Below are positions 46,193 through 54,796 of a stretch of DNA of 64,000 nt, in pieces; position 1 is the stretch's first letter; each line of letters starts with the position of its first letter. The position numbers and the translations under genes are program-made. The stretch is from Candidatus Saccharimonadales bacterium (GTDB lineage: Bacteria; Patescibacteriota; Saccharimonadia; Saccharimonadales; Saccharimonadaceae), in assembly GCA_038244885.1 (NCBI GenBank), contig JBBRTA010000002.1, forward strand, positions 6,436-70,435, given 5' to 3'. The notes under the pieces were generated by a model. That model did no database searches. It was given only the letters and a program-made list of their open reading frames with translations, and was not told the origin of the DNA.

Positions 46193-47020
46193 CTAGTTGT
46201 CTTGTTGACCCTGACGATCGGCTACGACAAGGGCCGCTTGAATCACATTATCGAATAAGGCTGCGATGGTCAGTGGGCCGACGCCACCTTTTTGGGGCGT
46301 GATGGTGATATCGTCGAGTTCGCGGACTTCGGCACTCACATCACCGACAATCTTGCCGTGTTCTGACGCTGTCCCAGCATCGACAATCAAAGCACCTGGT
46401 TGCACCATATCGCGCGTAATCAACGACGGCACGCCGGTTGCGGTCACGATGACTTGAGACTGGCGCAGGGCAGCTACGAGGTCAAGCGAGGTATCGTCGT
46501 ATATGTTGACAGTCAAGCCGTTGCCGCGCCACAGTCGCGCCAGCGGAGCCCCCACTAGGCGGCCGTTGCCCACAATCGAAATAACTTTTCCTTCTAAGGC
46601 GACGTTGTAACCAGCCAGTAACCAATCGACGGCCATAGCTGTCGCGGGAGTCATAGTCGCTTTCTCGCCCAGCCCATCGACATCCTTTTCGGGCGCAATC
46701 GCATTAACGGCAGTGTCGGTTTGGGTCGGATCGCTCAGAGGCAACTGGACAATAATGCCGTGGATAGACTTGTCATTGTTCAGCTCTTGGATCCGAATCA
46801 TCAAATCGGCTTGTTCAATCTTATAGACATCGACTTCAATCAAGATATCGGCCGCGTAGACTTTCTTGAGCCGAACGTACATATCTATCACCGCGTCATC
46901 AGTGGTTTGGACGATCGCCAAGCGTGGTATCACCCGCCATGATTGGCGGAGGGCGCGCACTTGTTTTATCTGGCGTTCTTTTATAAAACCGGCCAGCTCT
47001 GCTCCATCTAAAATCTTCAT
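46193..47020 (-). CDS. folD: Bifunctional methylenetetrahydrofolate dehydrogenase/cyclohydrolase
   Basis: HGIIVQLPL, DVDG, VGNGRLVGAPLA, TPQKGGVGPLTIAAL. Confidence 0.9.
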   Translation of the reverse strand: MKILDGAELAGFIKERQIKQVRALRQSWRVIPRLAIVQTTDDAVIDMYVRLKKVYAADILIEVDVYKIEQADLMIRIQELNNDKSIHGIIVQLPLSDPTQTDTAVNAIAPEKDVDGLGEKATMTPATAMAVDWLLAGYNVALEGKVISIVGNGRLVGAPLARLWRGNGLTVNIYDDTSLDLVAALRQSQVIVTATGVPSLITRDMVQPGALIVDAGTASEHGKIVGDVSAEVRELDDITITPQKGGVGPLTIAALFDNVIQAALVVADRQGQQDN

Positions 47021-47169
47021 TCCTTCTATCTTAACAAAGAGTCACTTGAGGGCATAATTTCGCTTAACGGATTCCACAACAATAAGCATTTGCTTAATAG
47101 TGGTTATGTGCGTAATATAGAGAGCAATAGGTCATTATAATATAGGCAACCAACTTAAAGGGCACAAAT

Positions 47170-48066
47170 ATGAAAACGATTATAAACAAGATTAGTACAA
47201 AATTCTTAATCGGCACCCTTATCGCCACTGGCACACTCGGTTTTGTCGGTGTCGTTAACGCCGCGACAGCGACCGTTAACCTGGGAACAGCTGGTAGTTT
47301 TGCGATTCTGGCTGGTGCCAGCATAACAGACGTTCCGACGTCTGTTATTAAAGGTGATGTGGGCTTGAGCCCAGCTACTGGTGCAAATTACGCCGGATTA
47401 ACGCAGGTGGAAGTGACCGGTACGATCTTTTCGACAGATGGTTTTGGCCCTGGAGGCCGTGTCACAAACCCCGGTTTGCTAACGACTGCTAAAAATGATT
47501 TAACCGCAGCCTTTACTGACGCCTCCGGTCGAGGCTCAGCTATTCCACTTGTCGGCGCTACCAACCAACTCGGCGGCAAGACACTAACACCTGGCGTTTA
47601 TTCGTTCAGTGGTGGAGCTGCTGCCAACCTCGTTGGTTCTTTAACACTTAGTGGTGATGGAGTTTATATTTTCCAATCTTCATCAGACCTTATCACAGCC
47701 GCAGGAAGTAGTGTCGTCCTTACAAACGGCGCTCAAGCGTGTAATGTCTTCTGGACGGTTCCTAGTTCTGTCTCTGGCGCCGGACTCGGTGCCAACTCGA
47801 CTATGGTTGGAACCATCATGGCCGACCAATCAATTACCCTCCAGACCGGTGCCACCGTCAATGGTCGAGTCCTAGCGCGAATTGCGGCTGTCACCATGGA
47901 CCACAACACCATCACGGTGCCAACTTGTACAACTCCTGTCGTTGCACCAACATTGCCTAACACTGGCTTTGCACCAACAAACAACAGCGCTATCCTATGG
48001 GCAGCTGGAATCAGTCTTATTGCACTTGCCTCCTTTGTGATTATCCGCAAGAAGCGCATAATCTAG
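47170..48066 (+). CDS. LPXTG-anchored ice-binding-like (DUF3494) surface protein
   Basis: Signal peptide; LGTAGSFAILAGASITDVPTSVIKGDVGLSP pattern of DUF3494; LPNTG 47953-47967 + hydrophobic stretch + RKKRII. Confidence 0.8.
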   Translation: MKTIINKISTKFLIGTLIATGTLGFVGVVNAATATVNLGTAGSFAILAGASITDVPTSVIKGDVGLSPATGANYAGLTQVEVTGTIFSTDGFGPGGRVTNPGLLTTAKNDLTAAFTDASGRGSAIPLVGATNQLGGKTLTPGVYSFSGGAAANLVGSLTLSGDGVYIFQSSSDLITAAGSSVVLTNGAQACNVFWTVPSSVSGAGLGANSTMVGTIMADQSITLQTGATVNGRVLARIAAVTMDHNTITVPTCTTPVVAPTLPNTGFAPTNNSAILWAAGISLIALASFVIIRKKRII

Positions 48067-48093
48067 TCCAATTATTAAGAATGACTAATTGAT

Positions 48094-48729
48094 ATGCTGA
48101 TTCGCCGTAACAGGAATTCTCGACAAATCCTAATACGGCGAATTTTCTATGTCTTGATTCCTATAACACTTGCATCCGCCATCGTGCTAGTCCCACTACT
48201 TATGCCCACAAAAGTAGGCCAAGGCGGCGTGGCGCCGTTAATCAAGGGAGTAGCACCTGTCGATAGCCAGTCGGCCAACGTGGGGCTGCCCAAAAGGCTG
48301 ACGATACCCGCACTCAACATTGATGCAGCTGTCGCCTACGTTGGCAATGCTTCTGACGGCTCAATGGATATTAGCCCCAACCAAGATGACGTCGCCTGGT
48401 ACAAACTCGGACCGCGCCCCGGGGAAATAGGTAGCGCCGTGATTGCCGGACATTACGGTTCCTTACGTGGCAAGTTCTCGGTGTTTAGCGATTTATCCCA
48501 GCTAAAAAAAGGTGATAAACTCCAAGTTCAAGACTACAAAGAGAGATTGGTGACTTTCGTGGTACGCGAAAGCCGAATGTACAACCCGACGGCCGATGCT
48601 ACGGACGTCTTTAATTCACACGACGGAAAAATCCACCTCAACCTGATTACCTGTGAGGGTGCTTGGAATAATGCTAAAGAATCATACGCCAATCGGCGGG
48701 TTGTCTTTACCGACAAAGAGACGCCGTAA
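48094..48729 (+). CDS. Sortase (small, class F-like)
   Basis: N-terminal TM; His AVIAGHYG, Cys LNLITCEG, Arg NRRVVF; directly downstream of an LPNTG substrate. Confidence 0.8.
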   Translation: MLIRRNRNSRQILIRRIFYVLIPITLASAIVLVPLLMPTKVGQGGVAPLIKGVAPVDSQSANVGLPKRLTIPALNIDAAVAYVGNASDGSMDISPNQDDVAWYKLGPRPGEIGSAVIAGHYGSLRGKFSVFSDLSQLKKGDKLQVQDYKERLVTFVVRESRMYNPTADATDVFNSHDGKIHLNLITCEGAWNNAKESYANRRVVFTDKETP

Positions 48730-48738
48730 GGCCCTTGC

Positions 48739-49224
48739 CTATCTGGCCGTCGCGGATTTGGCTATCGTCTTCATCCACGCTGTTGCCCGCTCTAACTCTC
48801 CTGGTTTGAGAGGACCATCCTTGTTATCTACAATGAACCCTTCAGGGTCAGCCACCAGATCCCCGCCTTTTTTACGCAAGACGGTCGCGATACGCGGCGC
48901 GGCAAAGCCAATAATTCTCATCAATAGCCGGAGACTCTTGCCTTGTTCTTCAATGGCGTAGCGTGTGTCGAACGCGGCCACCCGAACTCCCGCCAGTGAG
49001 TTAGGACTGAGCTTCTTCAGGTAATCTTGTAACACCTTGGTTGCCATCCCACCCTGCGTCGGCGAGCCCACGACGAGCAAGTCGATAGGCGGCAAATCTG
49101 ATGGTGTCGCTTCACCGACCCGCAATAGCCTCACTTTGTGGGATTTAGGAACAGCGGATGCAATCGCTTTGGCTATTTTTTCAGTATTTCCATACCCGGA
49201 ATCATAGACGACGAGGGCATTCAT
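48739..49224 (-). CDS. Flavodoxin-like protein
   Basis: MNALVVYDSGYGNTEKIAKAIA FMN-loop, VVGSPTQGG. Confidence 0.7.
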   Translation of the reverse strand: MNALVVYDSGYGNTEKIAKAIASAVPKSHKVRLLRVGEATPSDLPPIDLLVVGSPTQGGMATKVLQDYLKKLSPNSLAGVRVAAFDTRYAIEEQGKSLRLLMRIIGFAAPRIATVLRKKGGDLVADPEGFIVDNKDGPLKPGELERATAWMKTIAKSATAR

Positions 49225-49448
49225 CCAGGCTGGCTCGTTTTAAGCCTATCTGGCTTTGGATGGAACACTAGGTACAGAATCGGTAACACCCCCACACTGT
49301 TGATGATAAGTAGTGCGACGAACCAGTCTATTTGATCGTTGTGGCTGGCTCGCCAGAGTGCCAAACCCTTCCAGGCGACCTCCCAGGCAATGAGGATAAT
49401 CAGTACCGTTGTCCATGTCGGTGATAAGTTTAATAAGTTGTAATCCAT
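49221..49448 (-). CDS. Small two-TM membrane protein (75 aa)
   Basis: WTTVLIILIAWEVAWKGLALW and WFVALLIINSVGVLPILYLVF; stop overlaps the flavodoxin-like start. Confidence 0.5.
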   Translation of the reverse strand: MDYNLLNLSPTWTTVLIILIAWEVAWKGLALWRASHNDQIDWFVALLIINSVGVLPILYLVFHPKPDRLKTSQPG

Positions 49449-49650
49449 GATTGAACCCTCCTTTTGCTTATGACATTCTCTACTACAATACTAACAAAAA
49501 ATGGTTCATTTATCATATTTTTCATACGGCTTGCCTCAAGATCGTACGAAGCCTGTTAGTTGTCTTTATGATAATCTCTTAATTTTTAGACTATAATTAT
49601 ATTTAAGTAAGCATGCTACGCTATTAGCAATTTAACTCAAGGATTTTTAC

Positions 49651-49938
49651 ATGACAAAAACAGCTCGTTTCCATAACCTGTTCGATAGATTCTTTCGCGA
49701 CAAGCAAGGAAAGCTGATTATCGGGCAGTCTCCCAATGCACCGATTTGGGGCTGGGGTATTTTTACGATTCTGGCGATAGTCGTTGGATCCGGAAAATTC
49801 CACGACGGCTTTCAACTCTTAGCTCAGGCCTTCCTGTTCGTCTGGGCCTATCTTGAGTTACGCCAAGGTGACAGTTTGTTTCGCAAGGTCCTTGGGACAG
49901 TGATATTTATTGGAATTGTGGTTTCTTTCTTCAAGTAG
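49651..49938 (+). CDS. Small hypothetical membrane protein (95 aa)
   Basis: Three hydrophobic segments; followed by a hairpin terminator. Confidence 0.5.
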   Translation: MTKTARFHNLFDRFFRDKQGKLIIGQSPNAPIWGWGIFTILAIVVGSGKFHDGFQLLAQAFLFVWAYLELRQGDSLFRKVLGTVIFIGIVVSFFK

Positions 49939-49977
49939 GCAGCGGCGGGAACGATCGGCTAAAGCTGCCGAATGAAA

Positions 49978-50008
49978 AGTCCCACGGCGAGGTGGGATTC
50001 TTCATTTG
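49978..50008. terminator. Hairpin between convergent genes
   Basis: AGTCCCAC-ggcgag-GTGGGATT with A-run upstream and TTCTTCATTT downstream. Confidence 0.5.
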
Positions 50009-50076
50009 GAGGGCCATTGTAAATGCTATCACGACTAAAATAAGAAATAGTGATTGAAGCGTTATTGCTCTAAATA

Positions 50077-50595
50077 TTATTGAGGAATACCAGGACAAGG
50101 GAGGACAAAAGACATAGCTCCTGGTTGATGAGGCTGATTTGCTTCTGGGTGGGTTTTATAATATGCCTTTATACAGGCTTCTTGCTGGGAGCTATCAGTA
50201 TAATCTGAGGAGTTAAATTGAGCTGGGTTCAGTTGATTATACAGACCTAACAATCCTAATAAAATTCCTGCTACCAAAAAGGCCTCAGTGACCCAAGCTT
50301 TATGACCTCCGTTTCTGAAATGTAGCCAAACCGCCACAGATAGACAAATAGCTACCGCTACAAAGAGTAAAGTCTCCGCTGTTGTGAATGCAACGTACCA
50401 ATTATGAATATCACTCATACGATTATAGAATTGCTCCTTTACTTGGGGGCCGTCAATGTATGTATCGAAACCTTTACTCTCCACAAGATCGGACTGGATT
50501 TTAATGGCATTTCGTTGCCAGTCGCACACCATTGCGGCAATGAGGAGCAACGGGCTTATACCGAATAATACTCGTTTTTTTGTCTTAGATTTCAT
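50077..50595 (-). CDS. Hypothetical membrane protein (172 aa)
   Basis: Three TM segments, Cys-containing C-terminus; no motif recognised. Confidence 0.5.
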   Translation of the reverse strand: MKSKTKKRVLFGISPLLLIAAMVCDWQRNAIKIQSDLVESKGFDTYIDGPQVKEQFYNRMSDIHNWYVAFTTAETLLFVAVAICLSVAVWLHFRNGGHKAWVTEAFLVAGILLGLLGLYNQLNPAQFNSSDYTDSSQQEACIKAYYKTHPEANQPHQPGAMSFVLPCPGIPQ

Positions 50596-50645
50596 GCAGT
50601 AACTATAACAAACAAAAAGCTCCCGAACAATCGAGAACTAATATT

Positions 50646-50810
50646 GCTTATGCTTGGAAGGCCAGCGGGGATTTGGTTACCTCTGGCGACCCCAGAACCT
50701 CACGAATGCAAACACAGTTTGCATCGGAAGATTCCCTTGAGAACTGCCGGTGGCAGTTCTCACCCCAGACACTCTGAGCGTGTCCGGGCTTCAAGTCCTT
50801 CACGATAAGC
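50646..50810 (+). ncRNA. Candidate structured RNA of unknown class (strand uncertain)
   Basis: Closing helix GCTTAT/ATAAGC + GAAGG/CCTTC encloses hairpins GCCAG/CTGGC, ATGCAAAC/GTTTGCAT, GAGAACTGCC/GGCAGTTCTC, GACAC/GTGTC; TAATAT box at 50639-50644, terminator at 50824-50858. Confidence 0.35.
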
Positions 50811-50811
50811 T

Positions 50812-50860
50812 TCAAAATAAAAGACACCCTCGGTAGCGATCAAAGGGTGTTCTTTATTTG
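50812..50860. terminator. Bidirectional intrinsic terminator
   Basis: ACACCCT-N13-AGGGTGT flanked by AAAATAAAAG upstream and TCTTTATTT downstream. Confidence 0.65.
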
Positions 50861-50912
50861 GAGGTCCATATGTTACGCAACTGCAACCATAATTCGTCAG
50901 AATAAGGGTAGG

Positions 50913-51194
50913 TTAGCGATTTTTGATGCCATCAAGACGTAGCTCATTGCTATCATCACTGTGCGAGCCGCCGCTATTGACGTGTTTATCGCCAATTTCG
51001 GAACCATTCTTGATGACGTGTACCATCGCCATTGCGTGACCGTGACCTAATTCATACTCGGACTTTAGCCAGTTCACGATTTCCATTGCTTTTGTATCTT
51101 TATTAAAGCCTTTTTCTGCGGCTAGTTTAATAAACTCGTTTGGAGTTTTTCCAGTTTTTGCTTCTACGTTGTCTAAGTATGCTTGAAATGACAT
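50913..51194 (-). CDS. DUF4287-like small protein (93 aa)
   Basis: MSFQAYLDNVEAKTGKTPNEFIKLAAEKGF... resembles the DUF4287 family as I remember it. Confidence 0.55.
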   Translation of the reverse strand: MSFQAYLDNVEAKTGKTPNEFIKLAAEKGFNKDTKAMEIVNWLKSEYELGHGHAMAMVHVIKNGSEIGDKHVNSGGSHSDDSNELRLDGIKNR

Positions 51195-51232
51195 ACGTTG
51201 ATTATACCAAAAGGGATGTGAACTTTATAACA

Positions 51233-51268
51233 GATATAAAATGCCTCTCATCTGAGGGAGACATAGGC
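51233..51268 (-). terminator. Hairpin plus T-run after tRNA-Lys
   Basis: Minus strand GCCTATGTCTC-N8-GAGAGGC followed by ATTTTATA. Confidence 0.45.
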
Positions 51269-51302
51269 ACGAACTAAATTATATCTGACAAATACTATTG
51301 GA

Positions 51303-51376
51303 GGGCCAGCCGAGACTTGAACTCGGGACACCCTGCTTAAGAGGCAGGTGCTCTAACCAGCTGAGCTACTGGCCCA
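51303..51376 (-). tRNA. tRNA-Lys (anticodon CTT), CCA not encoded
   Basis: Hand fold: acceptor GGGCCAG/CTGGCCC, D arm GCTC-AGCTGGTTA-GAGC, anticodon arm CCTGC-CTCTTAA-GCAGG, T arm CCGAG-TTCAAGT-CTCGG. Confidence 0.85.
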
Positions 51377-51481
51377 TAATCGTGTAAAGCAGCTCTGTTA
51401 GGAGCCCGTTTACAATGGCTGATTGTACACTATTACCTCTGTTGATACAAGGCAAATATAGTGTATAGTCTGAAGAAGTCA

Positions 51482-52588
51482 TTATAATTCTAGAAACAAT
51501 GCAGCCCACACCATACCTGGATCGGCCTTATAAAATGGTGCTTTGTACCACGAACCGTCAGGATTGAGGAGTTCCGGATAGGTTCCATGTCGTTCAATCA
51601 TAGCGGCGAAATGGGCGCGCTGCTGCTCGTACTCTGGACGACCGTAGCGTTTGAGAAGATGGAGGTAAAACGTACCGTGCCAGGTCCAGATTGTCGTGCC
51701 GGTGTAATTTGGCATTATGAGCTTACCCATCGTGAAGCGATAGTGAAACACGTCAGGCTGGTTGCAGTATTCAAGCGGATACAGCTTATTAAGGCCGGCT
51801 TTTTGGATATAATCAAACGTGTGACCGGCTTTTTCGGCGTCATCGATTATACCGAGGAAAAACGGCATCAGCGCGCACTCTGAGCTATAAACAGTCGTGG
51901 CGCGGTCGGCACGGAAATATTCACCGGTCCAATAATTCTCCAGTAAATCGTTTTGGTAGTGCGAGACGTTGAACGGAAATGTCCGAAGACCAAGCTGATT
52001 GGCACACTCCACCATTCTGGCTATCAGCGCAATGGAGTAGGCGCTCCGGTCATAATTCACCGCATCACGCATTTCGGCGTAGCGTACCTTGCGGAGATCA
52101 CCAGTCAATGGATCGATAAAGGTTCGACTGTATTTTTCGAGCTGTCGGTCAAGAAAAGCCCGCTCACCGAGATTAAGGGAATAGCCGCTGACTACTAATG
52201 AATGCAGTAACCAAGGCAGCGCATCGACACTTTTTTTGGCGGGGGCATTGAACGTGTGGCCAGCCTTGTCGATGCATAGCGTCACCGCACCAGCACGGCG
52301 GTAGTGGTAGAGCGCCCAGGTCAAGGTGTGGTGAACGCGGTCAGTGTATCCAAGACTCACCAGTGATTGACAAACAGTGCCGAAATCACGCATCCAAAAA
52401 AAGTTGAAATGCCCAAGACTGGTGCGATAGAAATCCCCTTCCCACAGCCTGTCAATAATTTGAAGGCAAATTTGTTCGGCATTACCATCGAACTGCTCTA
52501 TGGGACTGAAATAGCGATTCACTATCTGTCGGTACTCTGCCCGTAGCGTACCGAGAATACCACCGACGCGTCGAATGATGTGTTCCAT
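51482..52588 (-). CDS. (alpha/alpha)6-barrel glycoside-hydrolase-like protein (GDE_C/GH63/GH15-like)
   Basis: 368 aa; FFWMRDFG motif and W/Y-rich helical repeats; family assignment is from memory and weak. Confidence 0.5.
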   Translation of the reverse strand: MEHIIRRVGGILGTLRAEYRQIVNRYFSPIEQFDGNAEQICLQIIDRLWEGDFYRTSLGHFNFFWMRDFGTVCQSLVSLGYTDRVHHTLTWALYHYRRAGAVTLCIDKAGHTFNAPAKKSVDALPWLLHSLVVSGYSLNLGERAFLDRQLEKYSRTFIDPLTGDLRKVRYAEMRDAVNYDRSAYSIALIARMVECANQLGLRTFPFNVSHYQNDLLENYWTGEYFRADRATTVYSSECALMPFFLGIIDDAEKAGHTFDYIQKAGLNKLYPLEYCNQPDVFHYRFTMGKLIMPNYTGTTIWTWHGTFYLHLLKRYGRPEYEQQRAHFAAMIERHGTYPELLNPDGSWYKAPFYKADPGMVWAALFLEL

Positions 52589-52677
52589 TGCCGCTAGTAT
52601 AGCGCGCGGGGGCTTGAACGTCTACGATGGATAATTTCATATATGAATTGTGGAGGCAGCTAGACGAATAGCACGGA

Positions 52678-52705
52678 GATCAAAACTACCCATGAAGGGG
52701 TAGTT
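52678..52705 (-). terminator. Hairpin plus T-run after tRNA-Arg(TCG)
   Basis: AACTACCC-N6-GGGTAGTT, followed on the minus strand by TTTGATC. Confidence 0.5.
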
Positions 52706-52715
52706 ACATTTCACC

Positions 52716-52792
52716 TGGTACACCCGGACGGATTCGAACCGCCGACCCTCTGTTCCGAAGACAGATGCTCTAATCCACTGAGCTACGGGTGC
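52716..52792 (-). tRNA. tRNA-Arg (anticodon TCG), CCA encoded
   Basis: Hand fold: acceptor GCACCCG/CGGGTGT (G1-U72), anticodon arm TCTGT-CTTCGGA-ACAGA, T loop TTCGAAT. Confidence 0.88.
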
Positions 52793-52846
52793 ATATCAGA
52801 GGTAATTATACCATGCGATCCAATCTTGAGCTATACTGATAAGCAT

Positions 52847-53866
52847 ATGGACGTTCACACAAATATTCCACTCAAAAACTACACAACTATGAGACTAGGC
52901 GGAAATGCCCGTTTTATGACGGAGGTACATACCCCCGAGGAGGTCATCACCGTTTATCGTAACGCCAAAGCGCAAAATTTGCCTGTCTTTATACTCGGAG
53001 GAGGCAGCAATGTCGTCGCCAAAGACGAAGGGTTCGCTGGCATTATTATCCATATGTGCATTCCGGGCTTCGAGATCGTCGCCGACAGCTTAAATTCAAC
53101 AACAATCCAGGTTGGTGCTGGCGAAAACTGGGACGAAACGGTGAAACGAACGGTCGAGATGCGCCTGACTGGTATCGAAGCGTTGTCGGCAATCCCAGGA
53201 ACTACCGGCGCCTCCCCCATCCAAAACATCGGCGCCTACGGCCAGGAAATCGCCGATACGCTGGAATCTCTCGTCGCCTATGACACCCAGACCGATGCCT
53301 TCGTGACACTGCAGAACGCCGACTGTGGTTTTTCGTATCGCCACAGTATCTTTCGAGGCACAGAGACGGGTCGCTATATCGTGACCTCAGTCACCTTCAA
53401 GCTTTCTAAAACGAATCCTCAACCGCCTTTTTACGAAGCTCTACAAACGTATTTTGACGAGCACCACATCGAAATTTTCACTCAAGATGTCGTGCGCAAA
53501 GCGGTGATCGCTATTCGTACCAACAAACTCCCCGACCCCAACCTACTGCCAAATTCTGGCTCATTCTTTAAAAACGCAATTGTCGAAGACTGGCAACTGA
53601 ACGACCTGCGTTCGATCGATCCGAATATCCCGATGTATGACATGGGCGACGGGCGTTTTAAAATCCCGACTGGCTGGCTGATTGAACAAACCGGACTGAA
53701 AGGCAAAGTGCTCTATGGCATCAAGGTCCATGATAAAAACGCGCTGGTGCTCATTAACGAGTCAGCGACCAGCTACCGGGACCTTGCGAGAGCTCGTGAC
53801 GAGATTACTGGAGCGGTCCGCGACAAGTTTCGCATCCAGATCGAACAGGAGCCTCTTGAAATTTAA
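52847..53866 (+). CDS. murB: UDP-N-acetylenolpyruvoylglucosamine reductase
   Basis: LKNYTTMRLGGNARF, ILGGGSNV, SGSFFKN; ATG 52847 lies 9 nt after a TATACT box. Confidence 0.9.
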   Translation: MDVHTNIPLKNYTTMRLGGNARFMTEVHTPEEVITVYRNAKAQNLPVFILGGGSNVVAKDEGFAGIIIHMCIPGFEIVADSLNSTTIQVGAGENWDETVKRTVEMRLTGIEALSAIPGTTGASPIQNIGAYGQEIADTLESLVAYDTQTDAFVTLQNADCGFSYRHSIFRGTETGRYIVTSVTFKLSKTNPQPPFYEALQTYFDEHHIEIFTQDVVRKAVIAIRTNKLPDPNLLPNSGSFFKNAIVEDWQLNDLRSIDPNIPMYDMGDGRFKIPTGWLIEQTGLKGKVLYGIKVHDKNALVLINESATSYRDLARARDEITGAVRDKFRIQIEQEPLEI

Positions 53867-53906
53867 TGCGCTTGCGATTTGGTGCTAAAACTCTTATGCT
53901 ATAGAC

Positions 53907-54410
53907 ATGTATCGTCGAGGGTTTAGTATCGTTGAATTAATTATTGTCATCACTGTGATGGGAATATTGCTCGTATTAGGCGTGGTGAATATGCGCAGCA
54001 CACAGTCACGCGCCCGCGACGACGAACGCAAGACCGACATCGAAACGATTGCTCTGCAACTTGAGAATTACTTTAATACTGGCACGGACGGCTGGAATGC
54101 ATCGACCGGTTCCTATCCGACGACGGACTTAGTGTCTAGTGTTCAAACAACGCTACGCGACGCCGATATGAAATCCTTCACCGCGCCCGGGGCAGCTAGT
54201 CTGGCAGCGAGTTTTGTCACGGCAACGAACAATACACAGACGACAGCCGGCGTCACGCCGGCGCCAACGATTAGCACCTACGTCTACCAGCCATTACAGC
54301 CAGACGGGACGCTCTGTACCGGCGTGATGACCACCTGCCGTAAATTCAACCTCTACTATATGCTGGAAACCGACGGTTCCTCTAACATGGTAAAGAGTAA
54401 AAACCAATGA
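53907..54410 (+). CDS. Minor (pseudo)pilin with prepilin N-terminus
   Basis: MYRRGFSIVELIIVITVMGILLVLG. Confidence 0.75.
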   Translation: MYRRGFSIVELIIVITVMGILLVLGVVNMRSTQSRARDDERKTDIETIALQLENYFNTGTDGWNASTGSYPTTDLVSSVQTTLRDADMKSFTAPGAASLAASFVTATNNTQTTAGVTPAPTISTYVYQPLQPDGTLCTGVMTTCRKFNLYYMLETDGSSNMVKSKNQ

Positions 54411-54796
54411 CGTCTAAATCCACCCAAGCGGGCTTCTCAGCGGTTGAACTATTAATCACTTTGTTTGTAGCCGCCGCATTCTTGGTGGCCGGCTACCAGC
54501 TGTACAGTCTGATTATTAAGGATAGCGGGCAGACCCGATCGCAAGCCCGTGCCAGCAACGTGACCTACGATTACATGCGTCGTTATTCGGTAACTCCCTA
54601 CACTGCTAACCCTTGTGCCACGGCGAATCCGCTGACCGCTTCTCCCCTCACCGTGACCGGTCTCAGTGCCGTCACAATCTCAGTTGTCATCACCTGCCCT
54701 TATCCAGCCAGGACCAACGTTTCACGAATAGAGGTTACTACCCTCTATAACTCGCCGCAGCAAACGATAAAACAGGCGACCTATGTCAAATTTTAG
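54407..54796 (+). CDS. Minor (pseudo)pilin with prepilin N-terminus
   Basis: MTSKSTQAGFSAVELLITLFVAAAFLVAGY; ATGA overlap with the previous gene. Confidence 0.75.
   Translation: MTSKSTQAGFSAVELLITLFVAAAFLVAGYQLYSLIIKDSGQTRSQARASNVTYDYMRRYSVTPYTANPCATANPLTASPLTVTGLSAVTISVVITCPYPARTNVSRIEVTTLYNSPQQTIKQATYVKF

Noticed and set aside
50646-50810. Assignment of the structured element to RNase P (GUCCGGGCU resembles P4), SRP, 6S or tmRNA
   Set aside because: The element is far too short for RNase P and lacks the GAGGAAAG context. It has no GGAAGCAGCC SRP domain IV motif, no 6S-type central bubble and no tRNA-like tmRNA end. It is kept only as an unassigned candidate.
49939-51310. Short motif TGG(C/A)CCTCCAAAT (minus-strand reading) at about 50006-50018 and about 50857-50869, resembling the 3' acceptor end of tRNA-Lys (CTGGCCCTCC); considered as tandem att scars
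   Set aside because: The match is only about 10-13 nt, and one copy is degenerate. No integrase is present. Both copies sit immediately beside terminator hairpins and also read as GGAGG-type sequence on the + strand. This is too short to distinguish from chance without a computation.
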